DNA of 29,641 bases from contig CAZEAC010000005.1 in assembly GCA_964510065.1 (NCBI GenBank), positions 61,106 to 90,746 on the forward strand. Direction: 5' to 3'. The notes beneath the pieces were generated by a model that saw only the letters and a program-made list of their open reading frames with translations, had not been told where the DNA came from and did no database searches. The position numbers and the translations under genes were made by a program. Every line of letters begins with the position of its first letter. The stretch's first letter is position 1. Positions 1 to 9,331 of the stretch are shown in pieces. Source of the stretch: an uncultured Bdellovibrionales bacterium. Lineage in GTDB: Bacteria; Bdellovibrionota_C; UBA2361; CAIXSY01.

Positions 1-1356
1 ATTGTTATCAATCTTCTCGATACACCAGGTCACCAGGATTTTAGTGAAGACACCTACCGTACGCTTACGGCCACCGATAGCGCGGTGATGGTGATAGATG
101 CCGGGAAAGGCGTTGAGACTCAGACGCGAAAGCTCTTCGCAGTTTGCAGCATGCGAAAGATACCGATCCTTACCTTCATGAATAAATGTGATCTTGATTG
201 CCGAGATCTGTTTGATCTGCTGCATGAGGTAGAGGGCGTGCTGGGAATAAAAGCAGCTCCGCTCAATTGGCCTATTGGCACAGGCCGAAATTTCACCGGT
301 GTTGTTGATTGTCAAAGCCGTGAAGTGCTTCTTTTTTCTAAGCGTGCCGGAGGAGGCGGAGAAAGAGCTGAGGTAAGGAAGTTTACCTGGGAGAATTTTG
401 AGAGTTCTGGTGCAGTCGATGCCGAGTTGCTCGCGCAGGTGAAGTTTGATCTGGAACTTCTTCGAGAAGCCGGAAACCCATTTTCGCGAGAAGAGTTTCT
501 AGCGGGAAAAGTGACTCCGGTGTTCTTTGGCTCAGCGCTCACTAATTTTGGCGTTGAGCCGTTTTTCGACCAGTTTGTAAATCTTGCGCCGACGCCAAGG
601 CCGTTTCCCGTGATGCTCCCCAACGGGGAAGAAAGGTTGCTCGATCCGATAAAAGATCCTTTCAGTGGCTTCGTGTTCAAGATCCAAGCGAATATGAATC
701 CACGGCATCGTGATTGCATGGCGTACCTCCGCGTTGCGTCAGGCAAGTTCGCGCGCGATATGGTTGCGACCCACCGCCGTAGCGGCAAGGAAGTTCGTCT
801 TTCGCGATCCTACAGCCTCGTCGCGCAGGATCGAAATACGGTCGATGAAGGATTCGCCGGCGACATAATTGGGGTAATTAATCCGGGCCTTTTCGCGATT
901 GGCGATACCGTAACTGAAGGCGGTAACTTTGAATTTAAGCCGATGCCGCAATTCCCCCCGGAAGTGGTCGCGCAGATTCGTCCACTTGATGTCATGCGCC
1001 GAAAGGCCTTCGAAAAGGGCATGCAGCAGCTTTGTGCAGAGGGTGCGGTACAGCTTCTGCGCTCCTACGAGAATCGGGAGAGTCCTCCCTACGTAGCAGC
1101 TGTAGGGAGCTTGCAGTTCGAAGTGTTGCAGTATCGCTTAAAGGACGAATATGGAGTTGAAACTGAATTAACGGTGCTTCCCTACCAGTATAGCGCCTGG
1201 CTAGAGGGCGAGCTTGCAACGCTTAAAAAGCCGCGCAATGCCTTCATCGCGCTTGATAGTCGGGGCCGTGTCGTTATTCTCTTTGCAAACGAGTGGGAGA
1301 AGAAATATTTGCTCGAGCAAAATCCTCAGCATGGATTGCGGGACTTTGTAAGTTAA
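1..1356 (+). CDS. prfC: Peptide chain release factor 3 (RF3), 5'-partial. The reading frame is open from base 1.
   Basis: Frame 1 is open from base 1. It translates IVINLLDTPGHQDFSEDTYRTLTATDSAVMVIDAGKGVETQTRKLF..., which contains the G2 and G3 GTPase motifs (DTPGH, NKCD) and the RF3-specific C-terminal region. The annotated ATG at 85 is internal. Confidence 0.93.
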   Translation: MVINLLDTPGHQDFSEDTYRTLTATDSAVMVIDAGKGVETQTRKLFAVCSMRKIPILTFMNKCDLDCRDLFDLLHEVEGVLGIKAAPLNWPIGTGRNFTGVVDCQSREVLLFSKRAGGGGERAEVRKFTWENFESSGAVDAELLAQVKFDLELLREAGNPFSREEFLAGKVTPVFFGSALTNFGVEPFFDQFVNLAPTPRPFPVMLPNGEERLLDPIKDPFSGFVFKIQANMNPRHRDCMAYLRVASGKFARDMVATHRRSGKEVRLSRSYSLVAQDRNTVDEGFAGDIIGVINPGLFAIGDTVTEGGNFEFKPMPQFPPEVVAQIRPLDVMRRKAFEKGMQQLCAEGAVQLLRSYENRESPPYVAAVGSLQFEVLQYRLKDEYGVETELTVLPYQYSAWLEGELATLKKPRNAFIALDSRGRVVILFANEWEKKYLLEQNPQHGLRDFVS

Positions 1357-2294
1357 TCGAGCCAGATCGGGTTTGACCAGGCGCGCCGTCCTAACCGGTC
1401 TTTGACAGTAATTCGGACATACGGACTTTTGAATTTCTTAATGCTAAGCGTCGCTTCGGTGAGGCCGTAACCATGCGCTGATTGTGCGAAATGTCCAATT
1501 CCAGTCGCAAAAATGCGGTGGGCAGAAGAACATTGAACTTTAATCTTCGATCTCGCGAGAAGCTGAATATTGAAAATTTGCGGACCGCACGAAGAATAGA
1601 AGTTCCCACCCTTCAATGCTTCAACGAGGGCAGCTGGTTCGAGCCATTTGCTTTTCACGTACACCCAGCCCAAGCCGAAGTCGTCACGCCCAGGGACTCC
1701 GTGAAAATCATCAGTGGCACAAATACTATAGCGCTTCCCACGGCCGAGCATGATATCGGCGATATGCCAGCTATCCGCGCGGTCATTGTAATTGATAGAC
1801 GTGCCATTAAACACCTCAATCGAATCAACCATGCCGAGCGCGTTAATGTCACGTTCGGTAAGCGAATACCACTGTGGGTGCGCTACCGCAACAAATGCGC
1901 CGGCTCGAAGCGCGCGTCGAGCCAAATCACGGCCGCTTTCCGTCTTTTTTGTGGGCGCAAAATTTGCAGGAAGGCCCACCGCAAGGATGTGCCAGCGCCC
2001 ACCCTGTTCGGTCTTTCCTGTATGGAGCTCCGCTCCCAATATAGTGGTAAAATTCTTATTGCGAAATTTTACCGTGTCAGTAATCGGAAATCCGTAGTCC
2101 GGGAGAAAGTGATCGGTAATCGCTAAGAAATCATAGCCGGCGTTTATGTAGCGCTCGACAACCTGTCGAGGCGTGAATTTACCATCAGATCGAGTGCAGT
2201 GGGTGTGGATATTGCCGCGCCAAAATTGACCAGGAAGAGAAAAGGGGGCGTTTTTCATAGAAGAAAATTTTATCATGCTGACATGACCTCGCAA
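1353..2294 (-). CDS. PHP-domain metal-dependent phosphoesterase
   Basis: GNIHTHCTRSDG...AITDHF matches the PHP family (HxH...SDG...AITDH). The ORF-track start at 2294 is TTG; an internal ATG at 2276 is an alternative start. It is convergent with prfC and overlaps it at the stop codons. Confidence 0.8.
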   Translation of the reverse strand: MRGHVSMIKFSSMKNAPFSLPGQFWRGNIHTHCTRSDGKFTPRQVVERYINAGYDFLAITDHFLPDYGFPITDTVKFRNKNFTTILGAELHTGKTEQGGRWHILAVGLPANFAPTKKTESGRDLARRALRAGAFVAVAHPQWYSLTERDINALGMVDSIEVFNGTSINYNDRADSWHIADIMLGRGKRYSICATDDFHGVPGRDDFGLGWVYVKSKWLEPAALVEALKGGNFYSSCGPQIFNIQLLARSKIKVQCSSAHRIFATGIGHFAQSAHGYGLTEATLSIKKFKSPYVRITVKDRLGRRAWSNPIWLD

Positions 2295-3068
2295 TACGCT
2301 AATTCACAACTTTTTTTATCGAAGTTGTTTGTTAGCTTCCCAAACTCCCGTATTCTTGGAGGCGAGGAGTCCCTCGAAAAGATGGAAATTGATGATAGTA
2401 AAAAGTTCGTTCGAGAGGACGACACTTTCAATAAGAATAAAGGCCCGCGTTGGCCAAACCTTCAGGAGAGAGATTTCTATTTTCGGATCGCGCGAATTGG
2501 CGCGGTCGGGTTTGTAGGGATCGGTCTGGCCTTTGTAGCGCGGCCAATTTTGGTGAAAATCATCGAGAAAAATCACCGTGAGAATGCTCCAACGCTTACA
2601 CTTAATGATTTGCAATCTAGAATCGAGCAGCAGGGACTCAGTCTTACCGTAACAAATGCGAGAGGGCAGTCGGAGTCGCCACGCTATTTCGTGACTTCGG
2701 GTTTCGCGAGTTATGTGAGCCCGGACAGCAATGGCTCGCCAAGTAGTTCTTGGCATATTTTTTCGCTGTCGGACGGATCAAGGCCGGGCACCAGTTCTTT
2801 GTTTCGAGTGTATTTTAGATACCGAATCGCGCCTGCGCCGACGCCGACGGCTGGTTCGGTTCAGAATTCTGAACAGGTGCAGAGCCTAACTTCATCAACG
2901 CTATTATCAAGCGAAAGCAAGATGAGTCCCGTGCATATGCTATTCACCTTTAGTAGCGACACAAACTCAATGGGCGCGCCTAGAATCGGAGCGACCTCGG
3001 TTGTTTTCACTGCTTTCGAGGCCTTCCCGGCGGAGGTAGAAAATAAGCAAATGCAGGAGCCGCAGTGA
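2283..3068 (+). CDS. Hypothetical protein with one predicted transmembrane segment (IARIGAVGFVGIGLAFVARPILV)
   Basis: This is a long ORF. I take the first ATG after the overlap with the PHP gene as the start. There is no recognisable domain. The product is Ser/Thr-rich. A competing 146-aa ORF on the minus strand overlaps it. Confidence 0.4.
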   Translation: MTSQYANSQLFLSKLFVSFPNSRILGGEESLEKMEIDDSKKFVREDDTFNKNKGPRWPNLQERDFYFRIARIGAVGFVGIGLAFVARPILVKIIEKNHRENAPTLTLNDLQSRIEQQGLSLTVTNARGQSESPRYFVTSGFASYVSPDSNGSPSSSWHIFSLSDGSRPGTSSLFRVYFRYRIAPAPTPTAGSVQNSEQVQSLTSSTLLSSESKMSPVHMLFTFSSDTNSMGAPRIGATSVVFTAFEAFPAEVENKQMQEPQ

Positions 3069-3084
3069 TCTAGCTACGGATTGT

Positions 3085-3636
3085 TCAATCGATCTTTACG
3101 TTGGTACTGTCTTCGGCACTAAAGAGTGGCTTGCGCTCATTAAACTCGTTGGAAGGCGCAGCCCCGGGGGTGTGAATATCATCGTCAACTTCAATTTTCC
3201 CTGAATCGAGGGCTTTTCGCGCGCGCAAAGTGAGCGCAATCGTTCCACGATTATTCTCGGGAAGCGATTCTTGGGAAACCAAGTACACGATGTAAGTCAT
3301 GCCGTTATGCGTGGCTGGGCCCACCGCAGGTCCAATGTTTGCGCTATCTTCTTCAACGATGAGCAGAGAGCTATCATCCTCGTATTCGAAATTATTGGGA
3401 AAGCGAACTTTAATTAATGCGCCGTTTTCATTGACTCCTTCAAGTTCAACCTCGACTTGAATACGGTCGCCAATCTTCGAGTGAGTTGGGGCAACTACGA
3501 CGTTAAGAAACGCGCCTTTAAGTGGATCGTAGCGGAAACTCGTTTTGTCGTCATCGCCATTGTCCGATCCTGGCCCAACGTGAGGGCCCCCGCATGAGCA
3601 TAAAAGGAGCATTATTGCCAAAATTAATTTTCGCAT
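3085..3636 (-). CDS. Hypothetical secreted protein or lipoprotein
   Basis: The N-terminus MRKLILAIMLLLCSCGGP is signal-peptide-like and carries Cys residues close to, but not exactly matching, a lipobox. No other domain is recognised. Confidence 0.6.
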   Translation of the reverse strand: MRKLILAIMLLLCSCGGPHVGPGSDNGDDDKTSFRYDPLKGAFLNVVVAPTHSKIGDRIQVEVELEGVNENGALIKVRFPNNFEYEDDSSLLIVEEDSANIGPAVGPATHNGMTYIVYLVSQESLPENNRGTIALTLRARKALDSGKIEVDDDIHTPGAAPSNEFNERKPLFSAEDSTNVKID

Positions 3637-3791
3637 AGCACTTTTGATGCAGCGCGAGGCGCGCAGGCCTGCACTAAAGTAGGCTTCGAGGTGCCATGTA
3701 CCATGTCATCTATCTCTTTGAAATTGTTCAGTTAAAATGTTTTAATCTGAAACAGGGCTTTCGCCGATATATAGGTGGCAGGGTAGATACA

Positions 3792-5291
3792 ATGAAAGAT
3801 TCTGTTCCCACCACTTCAACGCGCGCGGACCGAAGGCTTGACCGAGCAAGTCAGCATGTCACCGACTTCTGGTTTCCCGTAAATGAAGGCCTTCTCAACG
3901 CCATTCAGCAGAAGCTAAGTGGCGGAGAGTACGGCGACGCGGCAATCCTTGTTCGAGACATAAGAAGTGATTTCTCACTCTTTACCTTCTGTTTGCGCGA
4001 GCTGAGTAAGATGCTTCGCGATTCCGAAGAAGCAATCTCCTTTCCTAATGAGCTCAATCCGATTGCACTTCTCGAATGGGCTGGAATTGAACGATTACAG
4101 CAGATCCTATCGACTTCCCCCGCTGAAGTGTCGGCGCATACACTCAAAGGAATCTCCCCGGAACGACTAACCCGCTACCAAGAAACGATGGTGAGTGCGA
4201 CAACCTGCGAAGCGCTCTCAAGTAACTATCTGCTTGATTCCGACTTGGCCTATAGCGCGGCGCTCATGCGCCAATTGGGCCTTACGCTAATCGCATGGAA
4301 CTATGAATCGGTGTACACCAGCGCGGTTTCCGCGCTCAAGGCCGGGCAATCGCTTGACGCTGCGATAACGCAGCGGTTAGGGTTCTCCCCTTCGATGCTT
4401 GCTCTTCGCGTCGTACAGGACTGGGCTCTTCCGACTTTGATAAGCGAGGCGATGGCAGATACCCCTTCCGAAGAGACTGCATTGATCGAAGATGAAGAAT
4501 TACGCCGTGAAATTGAGGAGCTCACATCGGCGAGCCGCACCTTGATTTCTATTTGTGAAGTGGGCGAAGCCTTGGCGCGTGCTAATAGCTCGACGGCATA
4601 TCCGAGCGCAAAAGACGATTGGGAATTCGCGAGAAAAGAGATCACCAAGACGCTTGGACCACAAGCGATTCAATATTTGCAGGAAACACTTGTTGAAAAC
4701 TGCGAGCGCTATTTTGAACATGTGCCACATATATTCCGAGGTGCGATGGTCTTGGATCCTGAAGCGCGAGTCGGCTCCATTGAGCGGGGCGAGGTTTCGG
4801 CCAATAATCCATATCTCGGAAAGTGCCGGCCATTCCTACGACAGAAGCTACTCGATCTCTATGCCGAGCGAACTGCCGGATCGACGCGGCGCTCGAATCT
4901 AGTATCTCTGGCACGCACTATCGCGCCATCGGCAGGGTTTGTGCGAGGTTGTGTGTTCACAATCGAACCCTCTACCATGCTGCTCATTCCACAGCTTGCC
5001 ATAGGGACCTCCAAAATTGAGGAATATACGCCGGTGGCCTATTGGGCCAACCGTAAAGCCGAGTCCATTGTTGAACAGGCGTTTCATAGCGGTGGCCCGC
5101 ATCTTGGAGTGGTTGATAATGAAGGAGATGGCGGACGCATCAGTATAGCCGCGGCGCTCGGAAGTTCGCAGCGTATCGGTGTTGTACTTTTGGAAATGAA
5201 CTCTACGATCTACAATTCAGAACGTGATCAACATCTGCTTCATTTTAAGGCGCTGTTACAGGCTATTAATGATAGCTTAGCGCTTGGCTAA
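3792..5291 (+). CDS. HDOD-like signalling-domain protein (degenerate HD residues)
   Basis: LVRDIRSDFSLFTFCLRELSKMLRDSEEAISFPNELNPIALLEWAGIERLQQIL resembles the HDOD pattern (D-xxL-xxxLL-xxNS...I.S...A...LG...L). The preferred start is the ATG at 3792, downstream of an AGGTGG. The ORF track begins at 3696 with an implausible N-terminus. Confidence 0.55.
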   Translation: MKDSVPTTSTRADRRLDRASQHVTDFWFPVNEGLLNAIQQKLSGGEYGDAAILVRDIRSDFSLFTFCLRELSKMLRDSEEAISFPNELNPIALLEWAGIERLQQILSTSPAEVSAHTLKGISPERLTRYQETMVSATTCEALSSNYLLDSDLAYSAALMRQLGLTLIAWNYESVYTSAVSALKAGQSLDAAITQRLGFSPSMLALRVVQDWALPTLISEAMADTPSEETALIEDEELRREIEELTSASRTLISICEVGEALARANSSTAYPSAKDDWEFARKEITKTLGPQAIQYLQETLVENCERYFEHVPHIFRGAMVLDPEARVGSIERGEVSANNPYLGKCRPFLRQKLLDLYAERTAGSTRRSNLVSLARTIAPSAGFVRGCVFTIEPSTMLLIPQLAIGTSKIEEYTPVAYWANRKAESIVEQAFHSGGPHLGVVDNEGDGGRISIAAALGSSQRIGVVLLEMNSTIYNSERDQHLLHFKALLQAINDSLALG

Positions 5292-5309
5292 ATTGCCTTT
5301 GATCCAGTG

Positions 5310-6158
5310 ATGCGCATTACAAGACGAAAATTCATATGGGGAACTATCTTTGGAATTTGTGCCGGCTATTGCGATGCTCGATTTCTCGAGTCTGGATGGC
5401 TTGAGGTTACCCATAAAAATGTCGCGCTAAGCAAAGATGGTCGTGCCGAGCATATTAGTATTCTACATCTGAGTGATTTCCATCTTGGAAGTGAGGTGCC
5501 TTTGCGGCTAATCGAGTCAGCTATTGAGCTCGGATTGGCGAAAAATCCGGATCTAATTCTCCTCACCGGTGATTATGTGACAAAGGAGCTTAGCCAGATG
5601 AGCGCCTATCAGGCGGCGTTGAAACGGTTGTCAGGTAAAGCGCCAACGTTTGCCTGCATGGGGAACCATGACGGAGGAGCGTGGGCGAGCCGCAATTTCA
5701 ATGGCCCTAAAAACCCTGATGAACTTATGAAGCTCCTGCAACAATGTGATATTCAAGTGTTGCATGACACTTCAACTCGAATCGAAATTAGAAAGCGCGC
5801 AATTCGTCTCGTCGGCATCAGTGATATATGGGCCGGAACACCAAACATCGCCGCGGCATTCACTAATTCGGACTCCTGGAATAATGAGAGCATAGTGCTG
5901 CTCTCGCATAATCCCGATAGCAAGGAGCTATTAGTGAATTGTCCTTGGCAGCTCATGTTGAGTGGGCATACCCATGGTGGCCAGCTTAGAGTGCCAATGT
6001 TTGGTGCAACTCCATTTGCGCCGGTGCGCGATCATCGCTATGTTTCCGGTCTTAACAGATTCGGCGAAAAATTCATCCACACTACTCGGGGGGTCGGAAA
6101 TCTTTTCGGCATGCGTTTTAATTGCAGGCCTGAAGTTTCATTGCTCTCGCTTATCTAG
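5310..6158 (+). CDS. Calcineurin-like metallophosphoesterase with a Tat-type signal
   Basis: RRKFIWG is a twin-arginine motif. The family signatures DxH...GDxx...GNHD...GHTHGGQ are present. It starts 16 nt after the HDOD-like gene, which suggests an operon. Confidence 0.85.
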   Translation: MRITRRKFIWGTIFGICAGYCDARFLESGWLEVTHKNVALSKDGRAEHISILHLSDFHLGSEVPLRLIESAIELGLAKNPDLILLTGDYVTKELSQMSAYQAALKRLSGKAPTFACMGNHDGGAWASRNFNGPKNPDELMKLLQQCDIQVLHDTSTRIEIRKRAIRLVGISDIWAGTPNIAAAFTNSDSWNNESIVLLSHNPDSKELLVNCPWQLMLSGHTHGGQLRVPMFGATPFAPVRDHRYVSGLNRFGEKFIHTTRGVGNLFGMRFNCRPEVSLLSLI

Positions 6159-6290
6159 ATTCCTTGGCTCAGCTCCATCTCTGTGTTCCCCGTGCCTCTG
6201 TGGTTCATTTTACTTTCAAAAAACCACAGAGTCACGGAGTACGCAGAGAGTAGAAGAGTCGGAAAATAAATCATAAGAGTATTCCGTTCT
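6155..6290. mobile_element. Copy 1 of a palindromic MITE-like repeat family with a CTCTGTGGTT...AACCACAGAG core
   Basis: It starts at a CTAG that overlaps the metallophosphoesterase stop codon. The left arm is ctctgtgttccccgtgcctctgtggtt and the right arm is aaccacagagtcacggagtacgcagagag. It shares the gattccttggc terminus with the palindrome at 21520. Related copies lie at 10796 and 21779. Confidence 0.6.
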
Positions 6291-6316
6291 CTGCCTACTC
6301 GTATTACCGTTCTCGT

Positions 6317-8098
6317 ATGTCTCCGTATGCAAATCCTCTCAAGATCTTTCTTGGATATCTTCTGCAGTATCGATCGATCTATGCAGTGTTATTGCTGCTC
6401 TTTTTTGTCTCTGGGGTGACGATAAATTTCACCCCTTATTTGGTTGGAAAGTTGACCGAGGCGCTTACGTCGTACTCTGGCGATCGGGAATATGTGTGGT
6501 TGGTCACCGCACTTTTTATAAGCTGTAATTTGATACACTGGGCGAGTTGGCATCTTGCCGAGTTTCTCTACTCTCGTTACCTGCTCAAGAAGCTGTACAA
6601 CTTCGAACTGTGGATATTTGAGCAAATAATAGGCCGAGAATACGATTATTATGTTGATCGATTTTCCGGAAAGATCGCGAGTTATGTGACGACGCTTGGC
6701 CGTGAATTCCGAGAGATAGTGGCGCAATCATTTTACAACTATCTTCAGCAGCTTATTTTCATTCCGATACTTGTTATGACTTTGTTCAGCGTGAATAGGC
6801 TGACTGCGATTGTTTTTGTCGTAAGCATGCTGCTTATGCTCGTTGGCGCGACGTTGACTATCAATGGCATGGTCGAGAGCGAAGCGCGTTCAACCGACGA
6901 ATCGGGAAATGTGAGCGGCTTCTCATTTGACTCTTTTGCGAATTTTGTGACCGTAAAAGCGTTTCGCGCCGAACGCTATGAAGCAGGGCTTTTACGTGTG
7001 GCGCTCGATAAGTATGCCGAGACAGCGCGGTATGCCTATAGTCGAACGGTTCGTTTCTGGTTTTCCCTTAGTTGTGTAGTGCGCATTGTCGTCTGGCCAG
7101 TTACCACCATTTTAAATGTATATCTTTTTCTCCAGGGTAAAATCGGCCTCGCCGAATTCGCGACATTCATTGCGAGCCTGATGCTCTTTGCCACGGTGAT
7201 TTGGAATACGATTTTCGACTTTTCGGAATTGAGAAAACGATTAGCGCGTGTGCGCGAAGCGATGCAGTATCTTTTTGAGGGGATTCCGACCCTTGCCCCG
7301 TATGCGCAGAGCTCTGAGGACGTCAGATCGGGACAGGGATTGCAGGAGTTCCGTGACTGTATCGAATTTAGAGGGCTAACTTTCAGCTATCCGGATGCTC
7401 CCGATCGCGTGGTGCTTCGTGATATTCGCCTTACGCTCTGTAAGGGAGAGAAAATTGGGATTGTCGGTCGTAGCGGGAGCGGAAAGTCGACGCTGGTCAA
7501 GCTTATTCTCGGATACTATGCGATTCCGGCAGAAACATTCTACGCTGACGGCCATGAAGTTTGCCGCGGCGAGCTACTTCCCTTCCTTACCTATGTCCCC
7601 CAAGATACCACTCTGTTCAATCGAACACTCCGTGAAAATATTGTTTACAATGTGCCGTCTGAAATGGCTAATGATCAGGCGCTCATTGCAGCGAGTAAGC
7701 GCTCATTGGCTTTTGATTTTATAAATCAGCTTCCGAAAAGCTTCGATACGCTTGTTGGGGAACGTGGTGTGAAGCTCTCGGCAGGGCAGCGTCAGCGTGT
7801 CGCAATAGCACGGGCGATCATTCGTGATAAGCCGCTCATCATCTTGGATGAAGCGACCAGTGCTCTCGACAGCGAAAGCGAGACGCTCATTCAGCAAGCT
7901 CTCGAAAATCTGTGGGAGGGGCGAACGGTGGTGGCAATTGCGCACCGGCTTTCTACCCTTCGCCGTATGGATCGCATCGTTGTGCTCGAGAATGGCAGAA
8001 TCGTGGAGCAAGGAACTCACTCGGAATTGATAGCGCTAGAAGGCGTCTATGCCAAGCTTTGGAAGCATCAATCAGGTGGCATGCTAGGCGAGGGGTAG
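6317..8098 (+). CDS. ABC transporter with fused permease and ATPase domains (MsbA/ABCB-type exporter)
   Basis: Six N-terminal hydrophobic segments are present. The ATPase motifs are Walker A GRSGSGKST, the ABC signature LSAGQRQRVAIARAI, Walker B ILDEATSALD and the H-loop AHRLST. Confidence 0.92.
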   Translation: MSPYANPLKIFLGYLLQYRSIYAVLLLLFFVSGVTINFTPYLVGKLTEALTSYSGDREYVWLVTALFISCNLIHWASWHLAEFLYSRYLLKKLYNFELWIFEQIIGREYDYYVDRFSGKIASYVTTLGREFREIVAQSFYNYLQQLIFIPILVMTLFSVNRLTAIVFVVSMLLMLVGATLTINGMVESEARSTDESGNVSGFSFDSFANFVTVKAFRAERYEAGLLRVALDKYAETARYAYSRTVRFWFSLSCVVRIVVWPVTTILNVYLFLQGKIGLAEFATFIASLMLFATVIWNTIFDFSELRKRLARVREAMQYLFEGIPTLAPYAQSSEDVRSGQGLQEFRDCIEFRGLTFSYPDAPDRVVLRDIRLTLCKGEKIGIVGRSGSGKSTLVKLILGYYAIPAETFYADGHEVCRGELLPFLTYVPQDTTLFNRTLRENIVYNVPSEMANDQALIAASKRSLAFDFINQLPKSFDTLVGERGVKLSAGQRQRVAIARAIIRDKPLIILDEATSALDSESETLIQQALENLWEGRTVVAIAHRLSTLRRMDRIVVLENGRIVEQGTHSELIALEGVYAKLWKHQSGGMLGEG

Positions 8099-8434
8099 GG
8101 ACCCGTACTTGGTATCGTGATTAAAGCTACGAGAAGCCAGGGTAGTTTTGCGAGCTAAAATTTTACTAAAGAAATCCTCGTCTCGGACCGTTGTGACCTA
8201 TGAGAGACAACAAGCTCTCATGAGGTTGAGGAAGTAAGAAGTAGCGAGGATTATCAAGACAGAAAGACGTATCCACCAGTCTTATAATCCCCGAGAAAAA
8301 AAATAGGCACGAACACTGTAGACCGCATTGCGTCGATGAGTTTCGCTCTGACGCGATATCGGATCTCTGCGCGCTAGATCAATCCAAGGAGTGGATTTGA
8401 TTTCTCGTGCCAACTTTTCAAGGAGGAACGTTCC

Positions 8435-9295
8435 ATGGCAATTACACTTGGCTCTAACATCGCGTCGCTCAAGTCACAGAGGACTTTGGGCCTTTCGACA
8501 GATGGCTTAACAAAAGTATACGAAAGACTAAGTTCGGGACAGCGAATCAATCACGCTGCTGATGATGCTGCCGGTTTGGCAATCGCGGATTCATTGAAGG
8601 CCGATCAGCGAGTTGCCCTGGTCGCCGTGCGAAATGCCAATGATGGTATCTCTACTATTGCGATTGCCGATTCGGCACTTGGGCAGATCGGCGAGGTTCT
8701 CTCTAGACTTTCCGAGCTCGCCGAACAATCAGCAAACGGCACGTACTCAACACAGCAACGATCGGCGCTTGCTAACGAATTCGGTGCGCTGGGCTCTGAA
8801 ATCGAGCGTATCGCGTTTACCACAACTTTTAACGGCGTAAGGCTGCTCTCCGGCTCAAGTCAGCTAATAATTCAAGTCGGTTTCAACTCGCAATCGACAT
8901 CGCAGATTACCTTGAACGGAGTGCAGGGAACCCTTGCTGCATTAGGTCTCGCGGCGCCAAGTAGTTCGTCTTTGAGCTACTCGATTAATGCGGCCACCTC
9001 GCTTGAAGCGCAATCGGCATCTCGTTTAGCGCTCGACGCAATTCAGGGTGCGATCTCATCGTTGGCGCAACAACGCGGCGGACTTGGTGCTACTGAATCA
9101 CGGCTCGTTGTCAGCATCAATAACCTCCTGGTCGCCCGCGAGAATTACGCCTCGGCTGAAAGCCGAATTAGGGATGTCGATGTCGCGCGTGAAGCTGCCG
9201 AACTCACCAGATTGGGAATATTGCAGCAAGCTGGTGCAGCAGTACTTGCGCAGGCAAATCAACAGCCGGCGCTTGCGCTATCGCTACTCAGCTAG
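8435..9295 (+). CDS. fliC: Flagellin (short form, 286 aa, without the hypervariable middle domains)
   Basis: The N-terminal flagellin helix is present (LSSGQRINHAADDAAGLAIADSL...RNANDGISTIAIADSALGQIGEVLSRLSELAEQSANGT). The C-terminus is the conserved ILQQAGAAVLAQANQQPALALSLLS. A strong AAGGAGG ribosome-binding site sits 7 nt upstream of the start. Confidence 0.9.
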   Translation: MAITLGSNIASLKSQRTLGLSTDGLTKVYERLSSGQRINHAADDAAGLAIADSLKADQRVALVAVRNANDGISTIAIADSALGQIGEVLSRLSELAEQSANGTYSTQQRSALANEFGALGSEIERIAFTTTFNGVRLLSGSSQLIIQVGFNSQSTSQITLNGVQGTLAALGLAAPSSSSLSYSINAATSLEAQSASRLALDAIQGAISSLAQQRGGLGATESRLVVSINNLLVARENYASAESRIRDVDVAREAAELTRLGILQQAGAAVLAQANQQPALALSLLS

Positions 9296-9308
9296 TTCGA
9301 GCTATAGT

Positions 9309-9331
9309 CCAACCGGCGCTTAGGCCGGTGG
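9309..9331. terminator. Hairpin between the convergent flagellin and Cys-rich protein genes (weak bidirectional terminator candidate)
   Basis: ccaaCCGGCgcttagGCCGGtgg overlaps the stop codon of the minus-strand gene. A U-tract is present only loosely on the plus-strand side (cttttc, 8 nt downstream). Confidence 0.35.

Noticed and set aside
1482-2126. A 214-aa plus-strand ORF inside the PHP gene
   Set aside because: The opposite strand carries unambiguous PHP motifs (HTHCTRSDG, AITDH). The plus-strand product is Arg/Ser-rich and of low complexity.
2316-2756. A 146-aa minus-strand ORF competing with the 2283-3068 plus-strand ORF
   Set aside because: It is shorter and nested. The plus-strand ORF is longer and starts right after the divergent PHP gene. 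Neither has homology support, so confidence in the plus-strand call is still low.
8100-8434. A sigma-28 or sigma-54 promoter for the flagellin gene
   Set aside because: I could not find a convincing TAAA-N15-GCCGATAA or GG-N10-GC match by eye. I have left this unannotated rather than guess.
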